50,122 nt of DNA from Candidatus Kaiserbacteria bacterium (GCA_003164215.1 PLSR01000019.1:1-50122), one strand, 5' to 3'. Shown: positions 27,137 to 36,568, counted from the first letter of the stretch. Notes: a model not told the origin generated them from the sequence alone. Numbers and translations: made by a program.

Positions 27137-27807
27137 ACACCAAATGTTCGCTCGGTCTCTGCGAATTCCGCAAGCACGCGATCAAGGTCAGCTTCGGAGA
27201 AATCCGGCCACAGCGTGTCGAGGAAAAAAAGTTCGCTATATGCCGCTTGCCAGAGAAGGAAATTTGAAAGTCGATGCCGGCCGCTCGTGCGAATGATGAG
27301 TGCGGGATCGGGCATATCGGCGCTCCAGAGATACTTCGAGAAATTCTCTTCGGTCACCGTCTCTCCCGCGTGAGCCGCGGCAGTTGCCGCGGCGGCGATC
27401 TCAGCGCGACTTCCATACGACATACATATCCATAGTGTAATGCCTGTGTTCGTGGCACTCGTCTCCTCAAGCCGTTTGATCGTCCTTTGAAGATCTTCCG
27501 GCAACATATCGAGCTTGCCGATGAAACGCACGCGCACGTTATCTTTGGCAAGCTCTTTGAGCGTCCGTTCGGCAGTCTCACGAAAAAGATCCATGAGGTA
27601 CGAAACCTCTTCCTCCATGCGATTCCAGTTCTCGGTCGAGAATGCGTAGACGACGAGATGTTTGATCTCGCGATCGCGGACCCACCGCACACACTCGATC
27701 AAACGATCGGCACCGCGGCGATGACCTTCGAGCGACGGAAGACCTTCGCGCTTCGCCCAGCGACGATTACCGTCGAGAATGATACCGATGCATTCAGGTG
27801 CTGACAT
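27133..27807 (-). CDS. uppS: Undecaprenyl diphosphate synthase
   Basis: ILDGNRRWA, FSTENW, IRTSG..RLSNFLLWQ. Confidence 0.97.
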   Translation of the reverse strand: MSAPECIGIILDGNRRWAKREGLPSLEGHRRGADRLIECVRWVRDREIKHLVVYAFSTENWNRMEEEVSYLMDLFRETAERTLKELAKDNVRVRFIGKLDMLPEDLQRTIKRLEETSATNTGITLWICMSYGSRAEIAAAATAAAHAGETVTEENFSKYLWSADMPDPALIIRTSGRHRLSNFLLWQAAYSELFFLDTLWPDFSEADLDRVLAEFAETERTFGV

Positions 27808-27816
27808 CTAGACAAG

Positions 27817-28107
27817 TTAGAAGACAATCTCGAACGAGTCAAACGTTTTTTGTGTCATATCCGAAGGCGGAGCGACATTCCACTGCGCATCAACACGTTC
27901 AACATGTGCAAGCAACGGTCCGCGATGCACATATGCGAGCCAGCGTTCGAGATCTTCCTTCGTCCCTTCGCCGTATGCCTCGACGGAATCATCGGCGAGA
28001 TTGCGCACGTAGCCGACGATACGGCATCGGCGCGCCTTGCGCGTTGTGAAATCACGGAACATCACCATTTGAACGCGACCATAGATGCGGCAGTACAGAT
28101 GTTCCAT
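27817..28107 (-). CDS. acyP: Acylphosphatase
   Basis: GRVQMVMFR, GYVRNLADDSVE. Confidence 0.85.
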   Translation of the reverse strand: MEHLYCRIYGRVQMVMFRDFTTRKARRCRIVGYVRNLADDSVEAYGEGTKEDLERWLAYVHRGPLLAHVERVDAQWNVAPPSDMTQKTFDSFEIVF

Positions 28108-28130
28108 ATCTATGATTTGTATCATAAACA

Positions 28131-28254
28131 ACACATTTTGGTCAGGCGTATTTTTCTGCTGAAAAATCGCCGCGAAGTCTCCCGGCACGAATCTCTATTT
28201 GCCGGCTCGCCTCGTCAGGCTCCGGCTCACAAAATGTGCCCCGCACATTTTGTG
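28131..28254 (-). repeat. Structured tRNA 3' trailer element (Val copy)
   Basis: Aligns with 28338-28475 and 44164-44258. Confidence 0.85.
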
Positions 28255-28325
28255 CATCCTGTAGGACTCGAACCTACGACCTTCCCCGTGTAAAGGGGTT
28301 GCTCTACCAACTGAGCTAAGGATGC
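28253..28325 (-). tRNA. tRNA-Val(TAC)
   Basis: Cloverleaf; loop TTTACAC. Confidence 0.95.
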
Positions 28326-28337
28326 ATTTATTCAACT

Positions 28338-28475
28338 CACAAATCGTGCCTCGCACATTTGGTCACGGATATTTTCCTGCTGGAAAATTCCGCGAAGTCT
28401 CCCGACATGAATTTCTATTCACCTGGCTCGGCCCGTCGGCCTGCGCCCCACAAATCGTGCCCCGCACGATTTGTG
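28338..28475 (-). repeat. Structured tRNA 3' trailer element (Arg-TCT copy)
   Basis: Aligns with the Val trailer. Confidence 0.85.
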
Positions 28476-28545
28476 CCTTCGGTAGGAATCGAACCTACAT
28501 TAAGGCCTTAGAAGAGCCCTGTTCTATCCATTGAACTACGAAGGC
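28474..28545 (-). tRNA. tRNA-Arg(TCT)
   Basis: Cloverleaf; loop CTTCTAA. Confidence 0.93.
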
Positions 28546-28618
28546 GTTCAGTCTCCCTCACCTCTTTCACAAAACACTTCACCAGAGTAGCCGTGCGCGG
28601 CGATGTGGTCAATCGATC

Positions 28619-28963
28619 TCACTGCGACGGGTCAGGTTCCGGCGGAATGGCGCCCGTCTGCAAGCTCTTGAACTTCTCTTGCCGCGCCGCAAAACCATTA
28701 AGCGTCGCGTCGAGTTGTGCGCGATCGAGATTTGATCCACCAGAAATAATGGGCGCCGTCGCAGATGTATCAGTATTCGACGACGGTAGCGCGTCGAAAA
28801 AAAAGATCGCACCATATATCGCCGCCCCGGCGACGACGACACATGCAGCCAACAGGAGCGAGCGCCAATAGAGATCCGCGAACGCCCGCACGTATTCCGG
28901 ATCGTACCGATGTTCGAAGGTCGCGCGAAAATGCATGAGCGTGCTTTTGTCGAACGAGATCAT
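28619..28963 (-). CDS. Hypothetical membrane protein at the end of the pil operon
   Basis: ATGA-coupled; single TM; ends PEPDPSQ. Confidence 0.7.
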   Translation of the reverse strand: MISFDKSTLMHFRATFEHRYDPEYVRAFADLYWRSLLLAACVVVAGAAIYGAIFFFDALPSSNTDTSATAPIISGGSNLDRAQLDATLNGFAARQEKFKSLQTGAIPPEPDPSQ

Positions 28964-29517
28964 GATGATACGTTTGAGGCTGATAATATTTGCACTTGTG
29001 CATTCATTTGCCATACAGCACCCGCGCCGGTCGTGCCCGGCGAGGTCTGTGTGTGTGAGAGCCGTATCGCTTGTACCGAAGATGGTATCGGGAGCGACTC
29101 AAGAAGCGCGGCGGCTTGCATGGCGGACGCGAATTCCCCCTGCGAGGTCGCAAGAAAACTGAAGCCTTGCGCCGTCGTCTTGCCGTCCACGGACGATATA
29201 TTCTCCGCCGATGCGTTGCTGATCGTGAGACTGACGCCGGCTTGCGTTCCCGCGGAATCGATCATGTCGGCGAGCGACGCAGGGTCGACGGAGATCAGCG
29301 TGTCGAGTTGTGCGCGATCGGTAGCGCTACTTGAAACGATCCCGTGAAGGTACGATGCTTGCACGGATTGCTGCGAACGTTGCTGCGAGGACCGCATATC
29401 GGCGGCACGTGCGTTCTCAAGTGCGCCGATCTGATAGGCAAAAAATCCGACGCCCGCCCATGCGAGGACGGCGATTACCGCCAGGAACCATGCAAAGTTT
29501 ATCGTATTGCGTGACAT
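28960..29517 (-). CDS. PilO-like protein
   Basis: TM plus GEFASAMQAAALLESLP; follows pilM/pilN. Confidence 0.55.
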   Translation of the reverse strand: MSRNTINFAWFLAVIAVLAWAGVGFFAYQIGALENARAADMRSSQQRSQQSVQASYLHGIVSSSATDRAQLDTLISVDPASLADMIDSAGTQAGVSLTISNASAENISSVDGKTTAQGFSFLATSQGEFASAMQAAALLESLPIPSSVQAIRLSHTQTSPGTTGAGAVWQMNAQVQILSASNVSS

Positions 29518-29524
29518 ATCGATC

Positions 29525-30049
29525 TCAAAATGTTCCCAAAAGGGTGACACTGAAGCGTCCGCCGTCGGTGCCAACGAGAGCACCGACCGGGATCGTGACC
29601 GACGCGAAGCGAGGGTCGTTCGACAATGCCCGCTGGTACGCGTTAATTTCGCTATTGGTGTCCGCCGATCCGGAGAGTATGAGGGACGATGGTGTCCCCG
29701 CTTGATAGATGATCTGATCGATACGAACTCCCGATGGCCGCAGGGAGAGCGCGTCTGTTATCACATCGGTGGGCGTTGAGCTCGCTTGAGCGATCGGTGC
29801 CAGTACCGCAATGAGCGCATTCGCATGGGCGATCGCAGCGCTGTCGCTCGTCTGTTGCGCAGGTGTGATCGGCGTGAGGCCAAGTGCCGCATGTTGCGCG
29901 TCCAGAAGCGTTGCAAGATAACTGGGCACGAGAAGTACGAATGTGATGCCTGCACAGACCAAGGCGACGAGGGCGCCGGCGAGAATGTATCGCGCACGTT
30001 CATAACGTTCTATATCGCGTCGCATTTCAGTTGGGATCACATTTGCCAT
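29525..30049 (-). CDS. pilN: PilN-like protein
   Basis: MANVIP (NLLP-like), TM, LILSGSA..ALSNDPRFASV. Confidence 0.65.
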   Translation of the reverse strand: MANVIPTEMRRDIERYERARYILAGALVALVCAGITFVLLVPSYLATLLDAQHAALGLTPITPAQQTSDSAAIAHANALIAVLAPIAQASSTPTDVITDALSLRPSGVRIDQIIYQAGTPSSLILSGSADTNSEINAYQRALSNDPRFASVTIPVGALVGTDGGRFSVTLLGTF

Positions 30050-30058
30050 AATTTCGTA

Positions 30059-31192
30059 TCAAAGGCCGCGCAGGGCGAGCCCTGCGGCGGTCGCGTATTC
30101 GAGCGAAAGATGACTGTCGATTGGCGGAATGTATTCATCGAACGAGAACATGCGGTGCCAGATGTCACCCAGGACCACGTTCGCCTGGACCCGCCCCGCG
30201 ACATAATCCGCGAGTCCGTAGAGATTTGAACTGCCACCGACCAAAACCACGCGACCGACCGGCGTGACGCGTTCGCCGTGTTCGTTCCGTCGCGTGTCCC
30301 AGTAGTTATAGTGACGCAAGATCTCGTCCGCGAGCGCAGAAGCGGTCCCGATGATCGCCTCGACGCCGGTAGTTTTTCCGTTGGTCGGTGCCATGAGACC
30401 CTGCTCATTTTTAAATATCTCAATGTCCGCGCCGGAAAGTCCTAATCCCTTCTCGACGGCGCGCGTGATCGCATCACCGCCGATCTCGACGGTCGACGTG
30501 AAGATCGGCACCCCGCGTTTAAGGACCGCGAACCCCGAGCGCGCACGTCCGAAATCGACGACGAGCTCCACCGGTTCATCCGGACGTCCGGTCGATACCG
30601 CGCGCCCGATCGAGCTCGCTTCAACTTCAAGCGACAGCAATGCGAATCCTGCACGGGTGAACGCCGATGCGTAGCTCTCGCAGAGATCACGTGGGAATAC
30701 AGTGACACCGATCTCCTGGTTGTTGTCCTCGTTGTTCTCACCGATCGCATCAAAATCATATACAGCAGCGGATGGCGGGATCGGTACACGCCCCTCGAAC
30801 TCAAATTCGATCAGGCGGAGCGTTTGTTCTCGCGACGTACCATGGGGCACTTGCATACTGAATACGTAGGCAGCTTCTTCCGGGAGCGCGGCATGAACGC
30901 TCACGATGCCGACAAGACGCTTTTTTAGTTCAGAAAGAGCGGATACGAACGCATCGGCATTTTGGATGATGCCGTGAACCACGATCCCATCGGGGAGTTT
31001 CTGGTCGCCATAAGAATGAATGCGGCACCCGTGCGGATCAGATTCGAGCGCAAGCCATTTGATCGACGTATCAGAAACATCGATCCCGGCGGCGGGTGGT
31101 ACGAGAAATTGCGGCGTCGGGAATGCACGCGTGATAATGTCCGCGGATGGTCGCGCCTGATCATCCGCCGCTGTCGCAGAGCGCTCACTCAT
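30059..31192 (-). CDS. pilM: Type IV pilus assembly protein PilM
   Basis: GIDVSDTSIK, VVDFG, VLVGGSSNL, ATAAGLALRG. Confidence 0.9.
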   Translation of the reverse strand: MSERSATAADDQARPSADIITRAFPTPQFLVPPAAGIDVSDTSIKWLALESDPHGCRIHSYGDQKLPDGIVVHGIIQNADAFVSALSELKKRLVGIVSVHAALPEEAAYVFSMQVPHGTSREQTLRLIEFEFEGRVPIPPSAAVYDFDAIGENNEDNNQEIGVTVFPRDLCESYASAFTRAGFALLSLEVEASSIGRAVSTGRPDEPVELVVDFGRARSGFAVLKRGVPIFTSTVEIGGDAITRAVEKGLGLSGADIEIFKNEQGLMAPTNGKTTGVEAIIGTASALADEILRHYNYWDTRRNEHGERVTPVGRVVLVGGSSNLYGLADYVAGRVQANVVLGDIWHRMFSFDEYIPPIDSHLSLEYATAAGLALRGL

Positions 31193-31253
31193 ACGAGAAG
31201 TATATCATCCGCCGTTGCGAACGAGACCACCATCAGCACATCATCTGATGCGA

Positions 31254-31583
31254 CTATCGAAGTTTTGTGCCTGGTAGTAATGCGCGCTCAGGATGTAAGA
31301 GCGCGACACCATCATCATCGCTCGCGGCGAGCAACATTCCCTGGCTCTCTACGCCGCGCAACATTTTTGGAGCAAGGTTCACGACGTACGGTAGTTGTTT
31401 TCCGATGAGTTCTTCGGGTTTTTTCCATTGTGCAATACCGGAAACGATCGTGCGAATCCCGATCTCGCCGAGATCGATCGTGCACTTGAGAAGTTTGTCG
31501 GTCTCCGGAACCGGCTCGACCGAAAGAACGGTTCCGATGCGGATATCAAGCTTCGCGAAGTCCTCGTATGAAATTTCAAGCAT
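31254..31583 (-). CDS. tRNA-binding domain protein (MetG C-terminal/CsaA/Trbp111-like)
   Basis: FAKLDIRIG, RTIVSGI, NLAPKMLRGVESQGMLLA. Confidence 0.9.
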   Translation of the reverse strand: MLEISYEDFAKLDIRIGTVLSVEPVPETDKLLKCTIDLGEIGIRTIVSGIAQWKKPEELIGKQLPYVVNLAPKMLRGVESQGMLLAASDDDGVALLHPERALLPGTKLR

Positions 31584-31592
31584 GGTCCTATT

Positions 31593-31982
31593 CTACGCGC
31601 TTTTGCGCATATCCAAAAATCGCTGGAGGATGAAGGCGGCGGCGGCGGCATCGTCGTGTTCGCGGCCTTTAGGCGCGAGTTTGCTAACCTCTATTGAGCT
31701 CCATGCTTCCCAACTGCGTTCAACGGCCAATCCGGTCTGTTTTTTGAGGTTTTCTGCGAACGCATCGGCTTGTACGCTCACGGGGTTGGGCGCACCGCCA
31801 TGGGATTTCGTATCCCCGATGACGATAGCCTCAATTTTCTCGTCTCGAACTATCTCCTCGATCTTCCCTATCAACTGATCACCGTTATTGAGCGTCGTGC
31901 GGGGAAAGGCGATGGTGCCGTCAGTATCAGAAACTGCGTAACCGACACGTTTTGAGCCATAATCTATGCAAAGATACTTCAT
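31593..31982 (-). CDS. ruvX: YqgF/RuvX family nuclease
   Basis: IDYGSKRVGYAVSD, DAAAAAFILQRFLD. Confidence 0.9.
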   Translation of the reverse strand: MKYLCIDYGSKRVGYAVSDTDGTIAFPRTTLNNGDQLIGKIEEIVRDEKIEAIVIGDTKSHGGAPNPVSVQADAFAENLKKQTGLAVERSWEAWSSIEVSKLAPKGREHDDAAAAAFILQRFLDMRKSA

Positions 31983-32009
31983 TGATGCCAGTATATCCTA
32001 CAAATGAGT

Positions 32010-32122
32010 ACATATCCCCGCAGGCTATAATTTGGGGTATTTCGAGTGCGTCGGCACGAGAACGAAGGGAGTTTTCTAGCAAGAAAACGACCGACCCAAA
32101 ATTATAGCCTGCGGGGATATGT
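32010..32122 (+). repeat. Long inverted-repeat element enclosing the same two conserved hairpins
   Basis: 24-bp perfect arms ACATATCCCCGCAGGCTATAATTT; internal GTGC-GTCG-GCAC and GTTTTCTAGCAAGAAAAC. Confidence 0.85.
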
Positions 32123-32135
32123 GCTTACCAATGAC

Positions 32136-32164
32136 AAACCCTGCTCCGGGGTCTGGAGCAGGGT
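32136..32164 (-). terminator. Intrinsic terminator
   Basis: ACCCTGCTCC/GGAGCAGGGT followed by TTTG on the minus strand. Confidence 0.55.
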
Positions 32165-32200
32165 AGTCACACTATACTACATCCGGGTAAAAAAAATATT

Positions 32201-32932
32201 TCATTCGTCGGATTCACGCACACCGAACGCCTGTACGGTGCTACTGCCTACACGGTCACCCACGACCACGACATTGGTTCCGACGGAGAAATCGACGCCA
32301 TCTGGAAGCCTCGTTCGGTCGTTGATACGGACGGTCGTCGTACCGGCCCCATTTTGATCAACGATGATGAAGCCGCCGGTCGTCGTCGCCAGTATGATGC
32401 CGTGATACACGTCGGGCGGTGGCGGAGCACGAAATGACGCACCGTAGACGAATGCTAAGGGCGGCGGAAGTTCGTTATGATCCGCGTAAAATGCCATCTG
32501 GCGATGGAACGGTGTTGCGGCGATCAAGAATCCGCCGAGGAAAATGATAACGACGATGATCGCGGCCGAGAGCAACAGCGACTTGCGGTAGACGAATGCA
32601 TACCGGCGCACCAATACCTCAAGCAGCACGGCGAATACGACTATTAAAAATACTAAGAGCCACGGTATCGAGCGCAGGAACGAGAACCATCCTCGGCCGC
32701 CGAAGCTCGGGATGAGCCATGCACCGCTGTCATGCAAGAAAAAGACCGACAAGCTGACCATGTAAAAGAGCGACAGGAGCACGAAGAGCGCTCCGACCGC
32801 CACCAGTGCAGAGATCAGTATGAAATGCCAGCGCGGGCGCATCGTGACCCTCCCCTTCACGATCGCATCCATGACGCTCCGCCGGATCGCCGGTGTTTTT
32901 TCTGTATTCTGCTGTCGGGTGTCGTCATTCAT
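32201..32932 (-). CDS. Membrane protein coupled to the ECF sigma factor (possible anti-sigma)
   Basis: Overlaps the sigma stop; three TM segments plus a C-terminal OB-like domain. Confidence 0.65.
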   Translation of the reverse strand: MNDDTRQQNTEKTPAIRRSVMDAIVKGRVTMRPRWHFILISALVAVGALFVLLSLFYMVSLSVFFLHDSGAWLIPSFGGRGWFSFLRSIPWLLVFLIVVFAVLLEVLVRRYAFVYRKSLLLSAAIIVVIIFLGGFLIAATPFHRQMAFYADHNELPPPLAFVYGASFRAPPPPDVYHGIILATTTGGFIIVDQNGAGTTTVRINDRTRLPDGVDFSVGTNVVVVGDRVGSSTVQAFGVRESDE

Positions 32933-33488
32933 AGAGTGGCTGTGGTCCGGCGATCTTAAAGAGCGCGGCTCGGCCGCGCGCGAGCCGCACACCGACCGTT
33001 GAGACCGGGATCTGGAGGATCTCCGAGATCTCTTTATAATCCATTTCCTCTAGGTAATACAATACTAACGGCTCGCGATATTTCGGACTGACCTTGTCAA
33101 GATAGCGGTCGAGCGACGCGCGGGTATCACGCTCGATGGCCGCACTGTCGGCCGTGTCGGGTGCCGTGAGATGCGGAAAGAGCGTATCGAAGTCGATCGT
33201 GAAGACGGTGCCGCGCGATTGGCGCTTTTTCAAAGCGTTCACGAATTCATTGTGCGCAATGCGATAGATCCATGGCGAGAATCGTCGCGTCGCGTCGAAG
33301 CTTTGGATATTTTGGTATGATTTGATGAAAATATCTTGCACGATATCCGCGGCATCATCCGGATCCAAGAGGAATTTGTGCGCATAGCGCGAAAGCTTCG
33401 CTTGATAGCGCTCAATGAGCTCTCCAAAGGCTTCGCCGTCGCCCGCCTGCACGCGCAGTGCTATTGCTTCATCCGTTTCTTCGGCCAT
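32925..33488 (-). CDS. ECF RNA polymerase sigma factor
   Basis: DAADIVQDIFIK, FSPWIYRIAHN, YKEISEILQIPVSTVGVRLAR. Confidence 0.95.
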   Translation of the reverse strand: MAEETDEAIALRVQAGDGEAFGELIERYQAKLSRYAHKFLLDPDDAADIVQDIFIKSYQNIQSFDATRRFSPWIYRIAHNEFVNALKKRQSRGTVFTIDFDTLFPHLTAPDTADSAAIERDTRASLDRYLDKVSPKYREPLVLYYLEEMDYKEISEILQIPVSTVGVRLARGRAALFKIAGPQPLYE

Positions 33489-33520
33489 AGGGAGAAGAAT
33501 ACCGCAGACGGGGGCAAACG

Positions 33521-33931
33521 TTAACTCAGCAATTTTGAGGTCTTGAATTCCTCCGGCTTGTATGGGGCGAGTCGAACGACACGCGTCATGAGTCCGACGG
33601 CACGAAGATCGCGTTCAAGATCTTGTACATACTCGCCGTTTTGATCATACCCGAGCGCAATGATCTCCGGCGCGATCGTTTTGATGTGATCGATATAGCC
33701 GGATGAATCCCCGAGCAGTGCTCTATCAACGAGCGGATGTGCCTGTATTGCGGCGAGCCGTTCTGATTCCGAATGCCTCGGTATCGCTCCCTTGATGCGC
33801 GCGACGGACTCATCGCGTGCAAGCGAGACAACGAGATACGGATCGTCCGCAAGCGCTCGCGCCTGGTGAAAGAGATCCTCGTGACCCGCATGGATCATAT
33901 CGAAGGTACCGAAGACCATGATCTTCGTCAT
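33521..33931 (-). CDS. Cytidylyltransferase-family FAD synthase (RibL-like)
   Basis: [18 protein letters not shown]; lies in the rib cluster. Confidence 0.8.
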   Translation of the reverse strand: MTKIMVFGTFDMIHAGHEDLFHQARALADDPYLVVSLARDESVARIKGAIPRHSESERLAAIQAHPLVDRALLGDSSGYIDHIKTIAPEIIALGYDQNGEYVQDLERDLRAVGLMTRVVRLAPYKPEEFKTSKLLS

Positions 33932-33937
33932 AGGGGT

Positions 33938-34405
33938 CTAGAATTTGAGAAGCGCAGATTGAAGCGCCGCGATCGCCGCTTCCGGGCCTTTGTTGGTGTT
34001 GCCGGTCGAACGTATGACCGCTTGTTCGAGATCGTTGGTCGTGATGACGCCGAATGCGACCGGGATCGCGTGATCGGTCGAAAGTCGCATTAAGGCGTGC
34101 GACACGGCATCGGCAATATATTTGTCGTGATCAGTGTCGCCTTTGATGACACAGCCGAGCGCGATGACTGCATGCGGTTTTATTTTCTTGATGAGTTTCG
34201 CGCACGCAAAGGGCAGCTCGAAACTTCCCGGTACTTCAACGAGCGTAATATTCTTTTCCTTCACACCCCAGGCACGCAAGGTCTCTAGCGCACCATCACG
34301 CATTCGTCCTGTAATATCTTCATTAAATCGCGATACGACAACGCCGACTTTCAGCTTTGAGGCATCACGACTGGCGACTTTCTTTTTGTAGTGTTTTCTT
34401 TGCAT
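33938..34405 (-). CDS. ribH: 6,7-dimethyl-8-ribityllumazine synthase
   Basis: VSRFN, VPGSFELP, LGCVIKGDTDH, NKG.EAA. Confidence 0.96.
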   Translation of the reverse strand: MQRKHYKKKVASRDASKLKVGVVVSRFNEDITGRMRDGALETLRAWGVKEKNITLVEVPGSFELPFACAKLIKKIKPHAVIALGCVIKGDTDHDKYIADAVSHALMRLSTDHAIPVAFGVITTNDLEQAVIRSTGNTNKGPEAAIAALQSALLKF

Positions 34406-35003
34406 GCCCTACTCTACCACCACCTGCGATAGCGGCAACGATGTAGCGCGCCATGAGATCTGCTTCGATATTCACCATGTCGCCCTTTTTCAGCGCACCG
34501 AGGTTCGTGACGGTAAGTGTGTGCGGAATGAGGGCAACGGTCGCACGACCTTTTTCCAAGCGCGCAACGGTCAGGCTCACCCCATTGATCGCGATCGATC
34601 CCTGCGCGGCGACATAGCGGTGCAATGGTTTGGGAATCTCGATCGTAATGCGTCGGGTGGTTCCCTCTTCGATGACTTCGGCGACGCGAGCACGAGCATC
34701 TACATGACCCTGTACGATGTGGCCGTCTATGTAATCGTTCAGTGTGAGCGAGCGTTCTAGATTCACGACCGAACCTTTGGCGAATGAGCCAGCCGTCGTT
34801 TTCAAAAGTGTTTCAGGCATGTATTCGACTTCAAAAAAACCTTTGGGCAGTAGGGTGACCGTCGAACAGATCCCGTCGACGGAAATACTTTGACCGATCG
34901 TGAGTTTCCAGTCGCGCGGTTTCTCCAGGCGAACTTGAATAACACTTCCCTTCTTCTGTGTCGATACGACTTTGGCTTTCGATTGTATGATGCCGGTGAA
35001 CAT
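34365..35003 (-). CDS. ribE: Riboflavin synthase
   Basis: MFTGII, GHIVQGHVD, GSIAINGVSLT. Confidence 0.96.
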   Translation of the reverse strand: MFTGIIQSKAKVVSTQKKGSVIQVRLEKPRDWKLTIGQSISVDGICSTVTLLPKGFFEVEYMPETLLKTTAGSFAKGSVVNLERSLTLNDYIDGHIVQGHVDARARVAEVIEEGTTRRITIEIPKPLHRYVAAQGSIAINGVSLTVARLEKGRATVALIPHTLTVTNLGALKKGDMVNIEADLMARYIVAAIAGGGRVGHAKKTLQKESRQS

Positions 35004-35005
35004 AG

Positions 35006-35353
35006 TTATTGGTGCTGTGCACCATACTCCCGAACGCGGGCGATGTCATCTTTGATCGTCTCGCTCGCCTCAGCATCGTCTTTAAATTTCACTTTTTCGC
35101 GGATCTTCTCTCCGATCTCCACAGTGATCGTTTTGCCGTACAGGTCTCCCGCAAAATCAAAGAGATGTGCCTCAAGTATGCCCCGTGATGGATCGGCATA
35201 GAGCGCGGCAGTATAGGAATCATTATCCACGAGCACGCGGCCTACATAAATACCCGATAATGCTGCATTATCAAGCTGAATATTCGCGGTGGGATATCCG
35301 AGCACCGTCCCGCGCTTTTTTCCGACCTCAACGACTCCGGTCACCGTTTGCAT
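35006..35353 (-). CDS. Stand-alone riboflavin kinase domain
   Basis: G..RGTVLGYPTAN, EAHLFDFAGDLYG, IR.K.KF. Confidence 0.9.
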   Translation of the reverse strand: MQTVTGVVEVGKKRGTVLGYPTANIQLDNAALSGIYVGRVLVDNDSYTAALYADPSRGILEAHLFDFAGDLYGKTITVEIGEKIREKVKFKDDAEASETIKDDIARVREYGAQHQ

Positions 35354-35465
35354 TGCCACATTGTAGCGACAAATGAAGTCGGACACCATTTCACGTAATT
35401 CCCGAGCGCATGGGCACCATGCGCAGCCCATGTAGTCTGTTGTTCGAGGGCGGCCCTTGTATTCC

Positions 35466-36482
35466 CTACGGTAAGTCCGACTTACTTTTGATCTTCTGAG
35501 AATCGATGAGATCGCGCATGTGGTCTTCCGCGCGGACCGCCGCCGCACGAATTTTTTCTGCATCCTGGGTCAGGCTTTGAATAGCATCGTCCGGATATAT
35601 CATCAGATATGGAATGCCACTTTCTTTCAAAAGGTGCCGACCCTGTGCGTAGTTCTCTTCTTTTGCAAGCCATCCTTTTCTATATTCGGTCGGTAAATAT
35701 ACGGACGACAGTGCATAATCTGCGGCTTGAGCCGAAAATGGAACTTTCGCTGATTTTGGATGGTTAGCTAGAACGAGAATGTGCGTCGGTTTGTAACGAT
35801 TGACGACTTCTTGCACAGGAAAATAAGCACCCGCACTTGCATCTCCGTATCGAACGTTATCGATGATAACCGGCTTCGTGTAGAGCGGGCCTGCTACAGA
35901 TGATGCCTCGATCTTGTCGATGATCGGTTCCTGCTTTCCATCCAACAATACTCCTTTGCCGGTTTCGTATTCCGTGGCAGCGATCAGAAAGTCCGGCTTG
36001 GCGCGCTTGATGCGTTCCGTATCAAGTTTTTTATGGCCTGCCTCGCCTCGATAGATCTGACTCAAGTATTCAACATCCATTCCGTAGCCATCGAGGATGC
36101 GCTTCTTCCGTATGAAGTCCGCTGTCGTGCATTCCTCCGAAAAGATCGTGGTGCCAAGCCGAGGGTTACCCGCTAATAACCAGCCTCCAATGTGGGCTCC
36201 GGTAGAGCCTCCGATCACCACTTTTATACCGTTGGTGAGCCCGGCATCATCTATTGCAGTGACTTCAGCGCCGCCCGACACGCCGCGAATTCCACCGGGT
36301 AAAATAAAAAGTGCGACCCGCGTGTCGGGGTCTTCTTTCCCTTGGTCGACGTATTCTGCCTGATGGATCAACGCTTGAATGACTTTCGGGTCACCTTCAA
36401 TTTCAATGTTTCCGTCCCGTTCAGGAATATACACATCTTCTCGCGCTGCTCGTGACATACCCTTTCCTAGTCGCTCGATCAT
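35466..36482 (-). CDS. Patatin-like phospholipase
   Basis: GGIRG, GGSTGA nucleophile elbow, degenerate DGG (GDAS). Confidence 0.75.
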   Translation of the reverse strand: MIERLGKGMSRAAREDVYIPERDGNIEIEGDPKVIQALIHQAEYVDQGKEDPDTRVALFILPGGIRGVSGGAEVTAIDDAGLTNGIKVVIGGSTGAHIGGWLLAGNPRLGTTIFSEECTTADFIRKKRILDGYGMDVEYLSQIYRGEAGHKKLDTERIKRAKPDFLIAATEYETGKGVLLDGKQEPIIDKIEASSVAGPLYTKPVIIDNVRYGDASAGAYFPVQEVVNRYKPTHILVLANHPKSAKVPFSAQAADYALSSVYLPTEYRKGWLAKEENYAQGRHLLKESGIPYLMIYPDDAIQSLTQDAEKIRAAAVRAEDHMRDLIDSQKIKSKSDLP

Positions 36483-36568
36483 GGCTGGGATTATATCAGT
36501 ATTTCAAAAACCGGTGTCCTTAAGAGATGGGCCGACCAATAGACCGGACGATGTATAATTCCTTGAAT

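Noticed and set aside
28131-28252. Theta (HDV-like) ribozyme after the tRNA
   Set aside because: Could not fit the nested double pseudoknot or the L3 consensus by eye; kept as an unknown motif
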